Source of the DNA: Pyrodictiaceae archaeon | GTDB lineage: Archaea; Thermoproteota; Thermoprotei_A; Sulfolobales; WAQK01 | DNA: 57,931 nucleotides | Assembly: GCA_015520265.1 (NCBI GenBank) | Contig: WAQK01000027.1 | Location: forward strand, 1 to 57,931 | Direction: 5' to 3' | Shown here: positions 34,872 to 43,657 of the stretch, in pieces | Numbering within the stretch: the first letter of the stretch is position 1 | How the letters are laid out: each line of letters opens with the position of its first letter | Program-made: the position numbers and the translations under genes | The notes under the pieces: generated by a model | What the model was told of the DNA's origin: nothing | The model's input: only the letters and a program-made list of their open reading frames with translations | Database searches by the model: none

Positions 34872-36452
34872 TTGTTGAAGATACTAGTGGTTACAGGCAG
34901 GCTCGCCGAGCGGCAGGTTAGGGAGGCCCTGAGGCGCGGGCCTAGGGGTGTGGAGGTAGACCTCCTGGTGCTCCCGATACCCGTGGCTGCCATGATCTCG
35001 CCTGGCCTCCTGGCCAGGCGTCTCGCCTCCATGGACCTCAGCCGCTACGACGTGATCCTGGTTCCCGGCATGGTTCCCGGCAGCCTCGAGGAGCTGGCAG
35101 AGAAGCTCGGCATCCCCGTGTGGAAGGGGCCTCGCCGGGCCTCGGATCTCCCTCTGGTCCTGGAGGCGCTGGTTGAGGGCGCCCGCCTCTCCCCCGAGGC
35201 GCCGGCCGACGAGATGCTTAGGGACAGGGTTTGGCGCAGGATCCTACGTCTCTTGGGGGAGGCGGAGGAGGGATGCGAGCCGGGCGCGGTCGTGGCCGGG
35301 CTCTGCGTGCCCAGGAGGCCTCCGCCTATAAGGGTTGTAGCGGAGCTTCCGCCCAGCCTACCTGTGGAGAGGGTGGAAAGTGAGGCCCGCAGGCTGGCCA
35401 GCAGCGGCGCCGATGTTGTTGTGGTGGGGCTGGGCGCCGATCATGGGGAGGATGACGCTAGGGAGAGGGTCAGGCTGGCCCTGAAGGCCGGGGTGCCCGT
35501 GGGTGTGGACACGCACTCTGACGACGCTGCTAAGGCGGCGGTGGATGCCGGCGCATCCCTGGTGTTCAGCCTCAACTCTGCTAGAATCGAGGCGCTGGCC
35601 GACTACGCTGCGAGAGCTGCCTTTGTCGTCATCCCCTGGAGGCGTGGCGTGCCCCGCGACCCCGGCGAGAGGCTGAAGCTCCTTGAGGAGACCGTTGGGA
35701 GGGCGGAGCGGCTGGGCTATAGGAACCTGCTGGTGGACCCGGTGCTGTTCCCTCCGGCCCACGGCTTGGCGGAGAGCATCAAGCTATACGTGGAGACGGC
35801 GGCTAGGTTCCCCGACTACCCGCTACTGGCGGGGCTCAGCAATGTAACCGAGCTGGTCGACATGGACAGCGTGGGGGTCAACGGGGTTATGACGGCCCTG
35901 CTGGCGGAGGCCGGCGTGTCGGTGATCCTGGTGACGGAGGAGAGCTGGAAGGCCAGGGGCAGCGTGGCGGAGACCAGGATAGCGGCGGCCATGGCGTCGG
36001 CCGCACTACTCCTAGGCTCCACACCCAAAGACCTGGGCATAGACCTCCTCGTGCTGAAGGAGAAGAGACCCCGCGGGCAGCCCGTGGAGTTCAGGCCAGC
36101 CAGACTGGTGGAGGAGCACCGCCGCGTAGAGGAGCATACCATGGACCCCGCAGGCTACGTGAGGATCCAGGTAAGGGACGGCGTCATAGAGGCCTGCTTC
36201 TTCAAGTACGGCGACCAGGAGCCCAGGCTCTGTGTCCGCGGAACCCACGGGCTCACCGTGGCGCGCATACTGGTCAGGGAGGCAGGCATCTCGGATCCCA
36301 GCCACGTAGCATACATAGGCTACGAACTCGCCAAAGCCGAGATAGCAGCTAAACTAGGGAAAAGCTATGTTCAGGAAGAGGAGCTCTTCCAGCCACCCCA
36401 CATTAAGCTCCAGGACCTCCCTAGGCCGCTGGAAACGTGTGGGCAAAAATGA
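34872..36452 (+). CDS. Dihydropteroate synthase-like pterin-binding protein (large archaeal MJ0301-type)
   Basis: 526 aa. The central TIM-barrel-like pterin-binding region ('GADVVVVGLGADHGED', 'VGVDTHSDDAAKAAVDAGASLVFS', 'LLVDPVL') has N- and C-terminal extensions typical of archaeal DHPS-like proteins. Confidence 0.55.
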   Translation: MLKILVVTGRLAERQVREALRRGPRGVEVDLLVLPIPVAAMISPGLLARRLASMDLSRYDVILVPGMVPGSLEELAEKLGIPVWKGPRRASDLPLVLEALVEGARLSPEAPADEMLRDRVWRRILRLLGEAEEGCEPGAVVAGLCVPRRPPPIRVVAELPPSLPVERVESEARRLASSGADVVVVGLGADHGEDDARERVRLALKAGVPVGVDTHSDDAAKAAVDAGASLVFSLNSARIEALADYAARAAFVVIPWRRGVPRDPGERLKLLEETVGRAERLGYRNLLVDPVLFPPAHGLAESIKLYVETAARFPDYPLLAGLSNVTELVDMDSVGVNGVMTALLAEAGVSVILVTEESWKARGSVAETRIAAAMASAALLLGSTPKDLGIDLLVLKEKRPRGQPVEFRPARLVEEHRRVEEHTMDPAGYVRIQVRDGVIEACFFKYGDQEPRLCVRGTHGLTVARILVREAGISDPSHVAYIGYELAKAEIAAKLGKSYVQEEELFQPPHIKLQDLPRPLETCGQK

Positions 36453-36465
36453 GGCAGGGCAGGCC

Positions 36466-36978
36466 TCATATTCTCAGTATCCGCGGCTCCATTGCCTCTA
36501 TCTCTAGGAGTGCTATGCTTGGCTGACCGTGGAGGTAGCCGTAGGTTTCCCCGGGGTTTAGGAGCAGCGTGTTGCCCAGCTTCCTGTTGTCGGCCTGGTG
36601 GGTGTGGCCGTATAGGACTGCGTCGAACTTGCCTGAGGAGGCCAGGGCCTCCACTATTGCCAGGGTGTTTTCCTTGGATCCGAAGCCGTGGGCTAGGAGG
36701 AGGCGTCGGCCCGCCACCTCCACTACTACGGGGGGCTCGTGTATCTCGTAGCCTGCCCTCTCGGCCACGGCTCTGAGCAGCCTTTTCTCACCGTCGTTGT
36801 TGCCGTAAATCATGATTACCTTGGCCTTCAACCGCTCAGCCATGCGCTTAACTATGAAGGGGGCCACTACGTCGCCCAGATGGATGACCAGCTCCACGCT
36901 CTCCTGGTTGAAGATCTCGGCAGCCTTCTCCACGTTGGGCATGTTGTCGTGGGAATCGCTCATAACTCCTATGAGCAT
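36466..36978 (-). CDS. MJ0936/YfcE-family metallophosphoesterase
   Basis: 170 aa. Contains the motifs 'MSDSHDN', 'HLGDVV', 'YGNNDGE' and 'YGHTH'. Confidence 0.85.
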   Translation of the reverse strand: MLIGVMSDSHDNMPNVEKAAEIFNQESVELVIHLGDVVAPFIVKRMAERLKAKVIMIYGNNDGEKRLLRAVAERAGYEIHEPPVVVEVAGRRLLLAHGFGSKENTLAIVEALASSGKFDAVLYGHTHQADNRKLGNTLLLNPGETYGYLHGQPSIALLEIEAMEPRILRI

Positions 36979-37085
36979 GGTTTACCCCCAGTAGAAGATT
37001 AGTGAGCCAGCTATAAAGCTAAGCCGTGCCGTGCGGAGCAGGTTTCTACAATTTTCTGTAATTAGGTAAATTTATATCTATTGAA

Positions 37086-37661
37086 GTGGACATAGAACCT
37101 GGGATAGCCATGAGGGGGTTGGAGGAGGAGATACGCAGGCTCAGGAGCATGGTGGAGAGGCTTGCCGAGGAGGTTGAGAAGCTTAAGGCGCAGAGGCTTC
37201 CACAAGAGACCCGGGAGCCCCAGCGCCTGGGCGAGCTCAGGAAGCGCTTCGACAGCCTGGCCAGGATGCTGATCAGCCAGCTGGGCGAGGCTCCGGGCAG
37301 AGGAGTGGTTTTCGTCGGAGCCGTGGAGTGGGAGGGCGACAAGGTGAGGGAGTCATCCCTCACGGTCATAGGGCTGAAGGACGTCGAGAACTGCTCGCCC
37401 CGGAGGGTGGCCGAAGCCGCCTCGCCCCTGGCCAACGAGCACAGGGTCAGGATACTCCAGGAGCTCCTCAAAGGCTCGAAGACGGCGTCCGAGCTCTCGG
37501 AGGCCACGGGGCTGGAGGGCGGCCAGCTATACCATCATTTGAAGGAGCTGGCCTTCGCCGGGTACCTGGAGACGGTTGAGAGGGGCAAGTACGCCCTCAC
37601 CCGGAGGGGCGCAATGGCCCTCAGGGCTCTCGCAGCAATAGCATCCACGCCGGGAGGGTAG
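37086..37661 (+). CDS. ArsR-family HTH regulator with an N-terminal coiled-coil
   Basis: 191 aa (GTG 37086 or ATG 37110). Contains 'LANEHRVRILQELLKGSKTASELSEATGLEGGQLYHHLKELAFAGYL'. Confidence 0.7.
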   Translation: MDIEPGIAMRGLEEEIRRLRSMVERLAEEVEKLKAQRLPQETREPQRLGELRKRFDSLARMLISQLGEAPGRGVVFVGAVEWEGDKVRESSLTVIGLKDVENCSPRRVAEAASPLANEHRVRILQELLKGSKTASELSEATGLEGGQLYHHLKELAFAGYLETVERGKYALTRRGAMALRALAAIASTPGG

Positions 37662-37665
37662 CCGA

Positions 37666-38292
37666 GTGCGCGGCTCCAGGGATCTACACAGATTCTACGA
37701 GGAGAGGAAGAGAAGGCTCCGGAATAAATACTGGGAGGGAAACGACGGCTCAGACCTGCTGAGACCCAACGGGTTCGACACGTACCCGGCCGAGATCTAC
37801 AACCTGTTCCTGAGCCTAATACACCACGGCGGCAAGGTGATAGACCTTGGATGTGGCAACGGCCTCATGCTCAGACACCTCGTCACGCGGAGCCCCTACA
37901 GGCTCGAGCCCTACGGCGTCGATTTCCTCGAGGAGTCCATAGAGCAGGCACGCAGGCTGGTGCTACCCGAATATGCCGACAACTTCACAGTGGCTAACAT
38001 CGCTGATCTCGACCTGGGGGAGAAGACCTACGATTTCATATTCTTCGACCCATACAGTATCCACCCACGACACCTGGGAGAAGTTGTGGAGAGGCTTGTA
38101 AGGGCCTGCAGGCCGGGAGGACGAATAATATTCTATACTTACAGGGACGTCCTCAGGATACTGAGGCTGGTAAGCCTCTTGAAGCTGAGATGGGTTGGAT
38201 GGGTGGGTGACCTCTTGCCTGCAGATATGGCTCGTACCCTGAAGAGAATAGACCATAAGGACGTATCTATAGGGATCTACGAGTGCACCTAG
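37666..38292 (+). CDS. Class I SAM-dependent methyltransferase
   Basis: 208 aa. Motif I is 'VIDLGCGNGLM'. Confidence 0.75.
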   Translation: MRGSRDLHRFYEERKRRLRNKYWEGNDGSDLLRPNGFDTYPAEIYNLFLSLIHHGGKVIDLGCGNGLMLRHLVTRSPYRLEPYGVDFLEESIEQARRLVLPEYADNFTVANIADLDLGEKTYDFIFFDPYSIHPRHLGEVVERLVRACRPGGRIIFYTYRDVLRILRLVSLLKLRWVGWVGDLLPADMARTLKRIDHKDVSIGIYECT

Positions 38293-38583
38293 GTCTAGCT
38301 CCCGGAGGTGCAGGGCTCATTTATAACCAGAGAAATGCCACATAGAGGCTTAGTTGGCCGTTCACCCAAACCATACCTTCATCTATTCAAAGTGTATCGA
38401 ATTGCGTCAGACACTGTTGGGGTCATCACGGTCTCTCCCAGGCCGCCTACGGGAGCCCGGCCCCTGGGAATCCAGGGGTCAGCACGACATCTATCCGGTA
38501 CCGAGACATATGAACATTACAAGAAGCACAAAAGAATACAATTTGACGCAGAAAGCCATAACTTAATGTTACTGACTCCAATC

Positions 38584-40101
38584 CTACCCTCCGCTGGATA
38601 CGGGAATAACCTGGATGTCTAGATACATGGAACCCATGGGATACCTGCCGCCCCCATATTTGAAGTGATGCGGCGAATAGAAGTACTCGACCATAATGGT
38701 GTAATTTGATGCCGTCCTGCTATCGAGACCAATAATAGCCCCAATTATCTTTGCAGGCGCATCCACTCCCGTTGAACCCACAGGAACCCCAAGATCTTTG
38801 TCGAAGACATTGATGGAAACGCTGAGCGATGGTAGAGTTGCTATCTGTCTTTGGATATCGAGTGAATACAGAGCAGCGCCATGAGGATCCGTTTGCACGC
38901 CGAACCTCAACCAGTTATTCTTGTACGCCTTGAAGCCTTGCTCCAACAGCCCTGTACCGTCCTCGGGGTTCTTGTCCGCCCCATACCAAAGTACGAGCTG
39001 ATCATTGGATATGGCTGGCCTAGCCATGCTGATCTCGGCTACTACGCTGGTGGGGCTACATATGGGTTTTTCTGTCTCGCCGGGTGCGGGGCAGAGGTAA
39101 AGCCTGTACTTGAGGAGAGCGGCATCCCCCTTGACGCCTACAGCTGCTATCGTGGGTGATGTGATGTTTATGCCTTGCACGAACCTTTTGTAGCTGTAGA
39201 GCCATATGCGATCCCCGAGAAGCTTCGTGGTGAAGCCCAGCACCTCGTATTCGGCTTTGCCCATAGCTAGGTTGGTTATGGATGCCGAAACACCGAACCC
39301 TATTTCCAGCCCCTCAGAACTCTGGGATTGAAACGCCAGCAGCAGAATCACGCTGTTCAGCGCCTCGACTTCTCCATGTATATATGCAGCCGCGAGGGGG
39401 AGCCCCGAGCCCAATTCGAGGCCCAATACGCTCTCTAGGCTCCAGACATAGCAGCTTGGGGAAGCCTTCCCTGCGCCTGAGGGTTGGTAGCACACTTTTT
39501 CAGCGTTGCTAGGTAAGGGTATGGGTTTATCCTCCGCCTCCACGTCTGTGGAGTACCCTCCAGCCACCGGTACTCCCTCTACTAGCGGGATTCTCCCCTC
39601 GAGATCTTCCACTATCACCACGGTTATCGATAAGCCCTTCAGAAGCATGGCAGTATCGAGAGTTATGGCTCTAAGGATCGGGTACACGCCGTTCTTCCCG
39701 TGGATCGCTCCGAGAATCAGTATGCCAGGCTCCACTAAGTCCGGATCGTTGCCCTGGAGCCCGAGGTAGCTGCGCCACGCCAGCATAGCCTCCCTAACCA
39801 GACTGTAGTTGGCGGCCACATCACCCCTACCCGCATAGACTCCGAGGCTGACCACGCTTCCATTAGGCATCCAAACGTAGAGGCTCACAAGTGCAGGTAA
39901 CGCCCTTCCCCGGGTGTCGCGGATCTTAACTATAAAGCCTGGACCTGAGTGTAGAGAGGGTTTGTAGTACCTTACCTCAGCTCCTGGAAAGTAAGGGTCA
40001 ACTTTCATAGCACCTTCGGACTTGAGTGTATATATTGAGCTGGCAACAAGCACAGCTATTGCCACTAATGCTAATGTAGTCTTTCTCCGGTCCTGCAGCA
40101 T
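38584..40101 (-). CDS. Membrane-anchored/secreted protein of unknown family (paralogue A)
   Basis: 505 aa with one N-terminal hydrophobic anchor (TLALVAIAVLVASSIYTL). Clearly paralogous to the neighbouring 515-aa ORF, sharing the blocks VDPYFPGA, SLYVWMPNGS, NDPDLVEPGIL, YKNNW and YFYSP..F.Y.G..YP.GSMY.D. Confidence 0.6.
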   Translation of the reverse strand: MLQDRRKTTLALVAIAVLVASSIYTLKSEGAMKVDPYFPGAEVRYYKPSLHSGPGFIVKIRDTRGRALPALVSLYVWMPNGSVVSLGVYAGRGDVAANYSLVREAMLAWRSYLGLQGNDPDLVEPGILILGAIHGKNGVYPILRAITLDTAMLLKGLSITVVIVEDLEGRIPLVEGVPVAGGYSTDVEAEDKPIPLPSNAEKVCYQPSGAGKASPSCYVWSLESVLGLELGSGLPLAAAYIHGEVEALNSVILLLAFQSQSSEGLEIGFGVSASITNLAMGKAEYEVLGFTTKLLGDRIWLYSYKRFVQGINITSPTIAAVGVKGDAALLKYRLYLCPAPGETEKPICSPTSVVAEISMARPAISNDQLVLWYGADKNPEDGTGLLEQGFKAYKNNWLRFGVQTDPHGAALYSLDIQRQIATLPSLSVSINVFDKDLGVPVGSTGVDAPAKIIGAIIGLDSRTASNYTIMVEYFYSPHHFKYGGGRYPMGSMYLDIQVIPVSSGG

Positions 40102-40130
40102 TGCCGTAGTTTTAAGAGGGCGCTACAGCC

Positions 40131-40141
40131 AATTATATTTT
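40131..40141 (-). promoter_or_regulatory. TATA-like box for paralogue A
   Basis: Plus-strand 'aattatatttt' reads AAAATATAATT on the minus strand, about 35 nt upstream of the ATG at 40101. Confidence 0.4.
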
Positions 40142-40317
40142 GCATGTGTTCTGGACAGTGCTAAGGTTCTGGATTGAATCTCAGGCAGACTGCTATGATT
40201 CGTTTGAGTGTTAGACTCGGGATAATCTTAGAAGTGGGCTAAACTCTGAATACTAGCCCAAACATGTTCTTGAGGAAAACCTGGTAGCATTAACAGAGGG
40301 TATTTCACGGCGCCCTA

Positions 40318-41865
40318 TTATCTGGGCCGAGTATATTTAGGCCTCACGTATGCATCGATATACATCGAACCAATGGGGTAATAGTTGCCTTCATACTCGA
40401 AATAGGCTGGCGAATAGAAATAGTTGGCCAGTACAACATAGCTTGACACGGCATCTGGGTCTAAATATATGTCGCAAGACAGCGCCTTCGTGGAGAGATC
40501 CTGCCTTGTAATGCCTACCGAAACTCCGAGTTCGACGCCGAAAACCTCGATGGATGCACTGAATAGTGGTAGCGTCGCTATTTCGACCTGGACATCGTAT
40601 GACGATAGAAAGGCCCCATGAAGGTCTGTGTATAGATTGGACCAGTTCCAGTTGTTTTTATATGAGTTAAAACCATGTTCGGCAAGCCCTACTCCATCAT
40701 TAGGGTTCCTGTCTATCTCATACCAGAAAACTAGTTTATCGTTCACTATTTTTGGTCTAGCTAGACTCATGTTTGCCATTGTATCCGTAGGCTTTGTTTC
40801 GAACCATCCTACTCCTCCCAGCCCAAAATAATAGTAAAGCCGGTAATTAGCAAAGACCGCATCACCCTTAATGCCTATAGATAATATTGTTGGTCCCGAA
40901 AAGTCTGTACCCCTGGTAAATGCTTTAAATTCATTAAGCCACAAATTATCACCCTTCAGTTTTACGGTAAAGCCTGGTATCTCGTACTCCACACTCCCTG
41001 TAAGCGAGGCTTTACTTACAGATGCTGCTATGCCGAACCCTGCTTCCAGATTCTCGGATGTTTTTGTTGAAAAGACTTCCCTCATGCCTACATTAGCTAG
41101 CGCTTCTACGCTCCCATACACGTATGTTGTTATTAATGGCATTCCAGTATCAGGTTTGTAATATATTATTCTTTCTAGCTTCCAAATATAGCATTCCAGG
41201 AAGGTTCCTTCTGGGCCGGGGTAGGAGTAGCAGGTTTCTTCGACTTCGCTGGGTGGGAATTCTAGTGGTTTCTTGATTTTTGTGTCGGGTTTGCCTAGGG
41301 ATGGTGGTTTGGCTGTTTTGTTTCTGGGTATTAGGGGTGGTTTTCCTGTTATGTTTTCGGTTATTGTTATGGTTATTGTTAGGTCTTTTGTGATCTTGGC
41401 TGTGTCTAGGGTTACTGCTCTGAGTAGTGGGTAGATGCCGTTGTCTGCGTGTACCGCTCCTAGGAGCAATATTCCCGGCTCCACGAGATCCGGGTTGTTT
41501 CCGCCGCGTTTGAGGTGGGCTCGCCACTCGGCCATAGCCTTCTTGACCAGCCCGTAGTTGAAGATCACTCTCCCCTTGCCCATACGGGTTTCCAGCTCCA
41601 CTATGCTGCCATTAGGCATCCACACGTAGAGGCTTAGAGATGTGGGTAGGGGGTTGCCCTTTGCGTCGCGTATCTCCACGGTTAGTCTGGGCCGCGAGAA
41701 TAGCGGTGTGGTATAGTATTTGACCATGGCTCCGGGAAAGTAGGGATCGACTTCTACCAGGCCCTGGCGGCCTAAGGCTACGAAGATGCCTGTCCCGGCT
41801 ACCATTATGGCGAGCAACGTGAGGGCGGCTGCCTTCCTGTGTTTGTAAGGATTCGTGGTGGCCAT
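40318..41865 (-). CDS. Membrane-anchored/secreted protein of unknown family (paralogue B)
   Basis: 515 aa with an N-terminal anchor (AALTLLAIMVAGTGIFVAL) and several N-x-S/T sequons. It shows the lowest GC in the window: the 60-nt line 40621-40680 is 35% GC by my count. Confidence 0.6.
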   Translation of the reverse strand: MATTNPYKHRKAAALTLLAIMVAGTGIFVALGRQGLVEVDPYFPGAMVKYYTTPLFSRPRLTVEIRDAKGNPLPTSLSLYVWMPNGSIVELETRMGKGRVIFNYGLVKKAMAEWRAHLKRGGNNPDLVEPGILLLGAVHADNGIYPLLRAVTLDTAKITKDLTITITITENITGKPPLIPRNKTAKPPSLGKPDTKIKKPLEFPPSEVEETCYSYPGPEGTFLECYIWKLERIIYYKPDTGMPLITTYVYGSVEALANVGMREVFSTKTSENLEAGFGIAASVSKASLTGSVEYEIPGFTVKLKGDNLWLNEFKAFTRGTDFSGPTILSIGIKGDAVFANYRLYYYFGLGGVGWFETKPTDTMANMSLARPKIVNDKLVFWYEIDRNPNDGVGLAEHGFNSYKNNWNWSNLYTDLHGAFLSSYDVQVEIATLPLFSASIEVFGVELGVSVGITRQDLSTKALSCDIYLDPDAVSSYVVLANYFYSPAYFEYEGNYYPIGSMYIDAYVRPKYTRPR

Positions 41866-41890
41866 TTCAACAATAAGTATCGCAGTACAG

Positions 41891-41900
41891 ATATATATTA
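41891..41900 (-). promoter_or_regulatory. TATA-like box for paralogue B
   Basis: 'atatatatta' lies about 30 nt upstream of the ATG at 41865. Confidence 0.4.
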
Positions 41901-42007
41901 CGATTCGGCGAGGCGGTTATTGTTCTCACAATACGGGCCGTTGTACATTCATTGACCGTATATACGGTGTTGCTAAGTGTTATTTACGTGTCCGGACTCT
42001 TAGAATC

Positions 42008-43657
42008 ATGGTGTTATGGGTGCCACTCTCATCGATAGAGGAGGTAAGCCTCGCATATGGTTTAGATCACTACGAGGTTGATGGTCCCTATAGGGTGTTG
42101 CTCCGCTACTTCCTGGGCCGTGAGCCCGACTTGAGGGGTCTTGGCAGGTTTGCTGGATCCGACGTATACGAGGTTGGGTACAGGGTTGACAGGGTGGGCC
42201 AGCCGCTCCTGTTCACTTGGAGTGTCGACGGGGTTCGAAGGGACGTGGTGTGGCTCGACCCTGCGGAGAGACGTGTGTTGGAGGAGCTGGTGAGGAAATA
42301 CGGCGTGAACCGGGCCCCGTATGAGGGTGGTTCCTGGCACGAGCACTACGCGGGGATATACCTTGTCGGCGACCCGGGGCTAGCGTGTGTGCTCACCATA
42401 ACAATGCAGACCGCCTACACGCTCTACAAGTACGGCGGCGATCTCGGGAAGCATCATGCCAACCTAGCTGGCTTGGAGGAGCCCCTCATGTGGGGCGCTA
42501 CGTGGTTCACCGAGGTTCAGGGGGGCAGCGATCTTGGTGCGAACACCACCACCGCTGTTAGGGGCGAGGACGGTGTCTGGAGGCTCACGGGGTACAAGTA
42601 CTTTGCCAGCGGCGCCGGTATAGCGGACCTGGCGCTCGTCACGGCCAGGATCCCCGGCTCCAGGCCTGGGGCCAAGGGGCTCAGCCTCTTCCTGGTGCCC
42701 AGGCTGAACAGGAGGGGTGAGCCCAACTACGCTATTAGGAGGCTTAAGTGGAAGAGCGGCACCGTGGCGGTGCCCACCGGGGAAGTGGAGCTCATCGACT
42801 CTGAAGCCTACTTGATAGGTGAGGCCGACAAGGGGATCTACTATACTCTGGAGAGCCTCATGGTGTCGAGGCTCTCTAACTCTATGGGTGCCCTGGGCGT
42901 GGCTAGGAAGGCGTACCTTGAAGCCTACCTTTACGCTTTGAGGAGGAAGGCTTTCGGCCGCAGGCTTGTGGATCACTCCCTGGTGGTGCGGGACCTGCTG
43001 GAGATGGAGGCGGAGCTGGAGGCCACTATGGCTGTGACCATGAAGGCTATAACGTTGTTCGACCGCGCCTGGAGGGACACGCCACCCTACGGCGAGGCCT
43101 ACCATTATGCCAGGCTCCTCACCCATATAGCGAAGAATATGACGGCCGAGATGGCTTCCAGGGTGACCCAGACGGCCATGGAGCTATTCGGCGGCATAGG
43201 GTTCCTCCACGAGTTCCCTGTGGAGAGGTGGCATAGGGAGGCCCTCATAACGCCGATATGGGAGGGAACAAGCAACATCCAGGCCCTCGATATGCTGGAG
43301 GTTATGGAGAAGAAGGGAGCCCACAAGGCACTGCTCCAGGAGCTGGACGAACTGGCCAGGGATTCGCCCGACCCCAGCCTCGCCAAGGCTGCGCTGGACC
43401 TGGCAGGGGAGGCACTCAGGATCGCGTCTACGCCCGAGTCAGCCGTGTTCAACGCTAAGGACATCCTGAGGATGCTGGGCTCCTCCACGGCGATCCTGCT
43501 GCTCCTCGACGCCTCGTCCAGGATAGGCGACCCGGCAGCGGCCCAGGTGGCCAGAATCTACTATGAGTCAAGGGTTCTGGGCAAGTTCAGATCGCCTCCG
43601 GCGAGGGAGGTTGTTAGCGAGATACTAAGCCTGAGGGGGAGGCTCCCTTCCCCCTAA
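42008..43657 (+). CDS. Acyl-CoA dehydrogenase family protein (large AidB-like type)
   Basis: The track ORF is 41855-43657, but its first 51 codons lie in AT-rich promoter DNA. ATG 42008 is preceded by the palindromic TATA-like CCGTATATACGG at 41956-41967. Contains 'EVQGGSDLGANTT', 'YFASGAGIADLALVTAR', 'ELFGGIGF' and 'ITPIWEGTSNIQALD'. Confidence 0.75.
   Translation: MVLWVPLSSIEEVSLAYGLDHYEVDGPYRVLLRYFLGREPDLRGLGRFAGSDVYEVGYRVDRVGQPLLFTWSVDGVRRDVVWLDPAERRVLEELVRKYGVNRAPYEGGSWHEHYAGIYLVGDPGLACVLTITMQTAYTLYKYGGDLGKHHANLAGLEEPLMWGATWFTEVQGGSDLGANTTTAVRGEDGVWRLTGYKYFASGAGIADLALVTARIPGSRPGAKGLSLFLVPRLNRRGEPNYAIRRLKWKSGTVAVPTGEVELIDSEAYLIGEADKGIYYTLESLMVSRLSNSMGALGVARKAYLEAYLYALRRKAFGRRLVDHSLVVRDLLEMEAELEATMAVTMKAITLFDRAWRDTPPYGEAYHYARLLTHIAKNMTAEMASRVTQTAMELFGGIGFLHEFPVERWHREALITPIWEGTSNIQALDMLEVMEKKGAHKALLQELDELARDSPDPSLAKAALDLAGEALRIASTPESAVFNAKDILRMLGSSTAILLLLDASSRIGDPAAAQVARIYYESRVLGKFRSPPAREVVSEILSLRGRLPSP

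Noticed and set aside
38308-38622. 104-aa and 70-aa plus-strand ORFs in the long gap after the methyltransferase gene.
   Set aside because: The 104-aa ORF (38308-38622) has a GTG start, no motifs, and runs into the 3' end of the convergent paralogue A gene; the 70-aa ORF (38354-38566, different frame) lies wholly inside the gap and also lacks recognisable motifs. The region is better treated as non-coding or possibly structured RNA (see the finding).
40117-40316. A 7-nt complementary pair (AGGGCGC / GCGCCCT) bracketing the gap between the two paralogues, and the hairpin TGGGCTA-n12-TAGCCCA at 40235-40260.
   Set aside because: These are short matches with no oligo-T tract following on the transcribed strand. 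That is insufficient to call a terminator or an RNA.
41150-41527. A 125-aa Asn/Arg/Thr/Pro/Gln-rich ORF inside paralogue B.
   Set aside because: It is a low-complexity off-frame product. The main frame is supported by block-wise similarity to paralogue A.
41855-42007. An N-terminal 51-codon extension of the acyl-CoA dehydrogenase ORF in the supplied track.
   Set aside because: The extension lies in AT-rich promoter DNA shared with the divergent gene and includes its TATA-like boxes. ATG 42008 gives a sensible N-terminus.
38293-42007. An integrated virus, plasmid or transposon as the explanation for the low-GC islet.
   Set aside because: I saw no integrase, transposase, tRNA target or flanking direct repeats. 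Only two paralogous surface-protein genes are present. Lateral origin remains possible, but a mobile element cannot be called.
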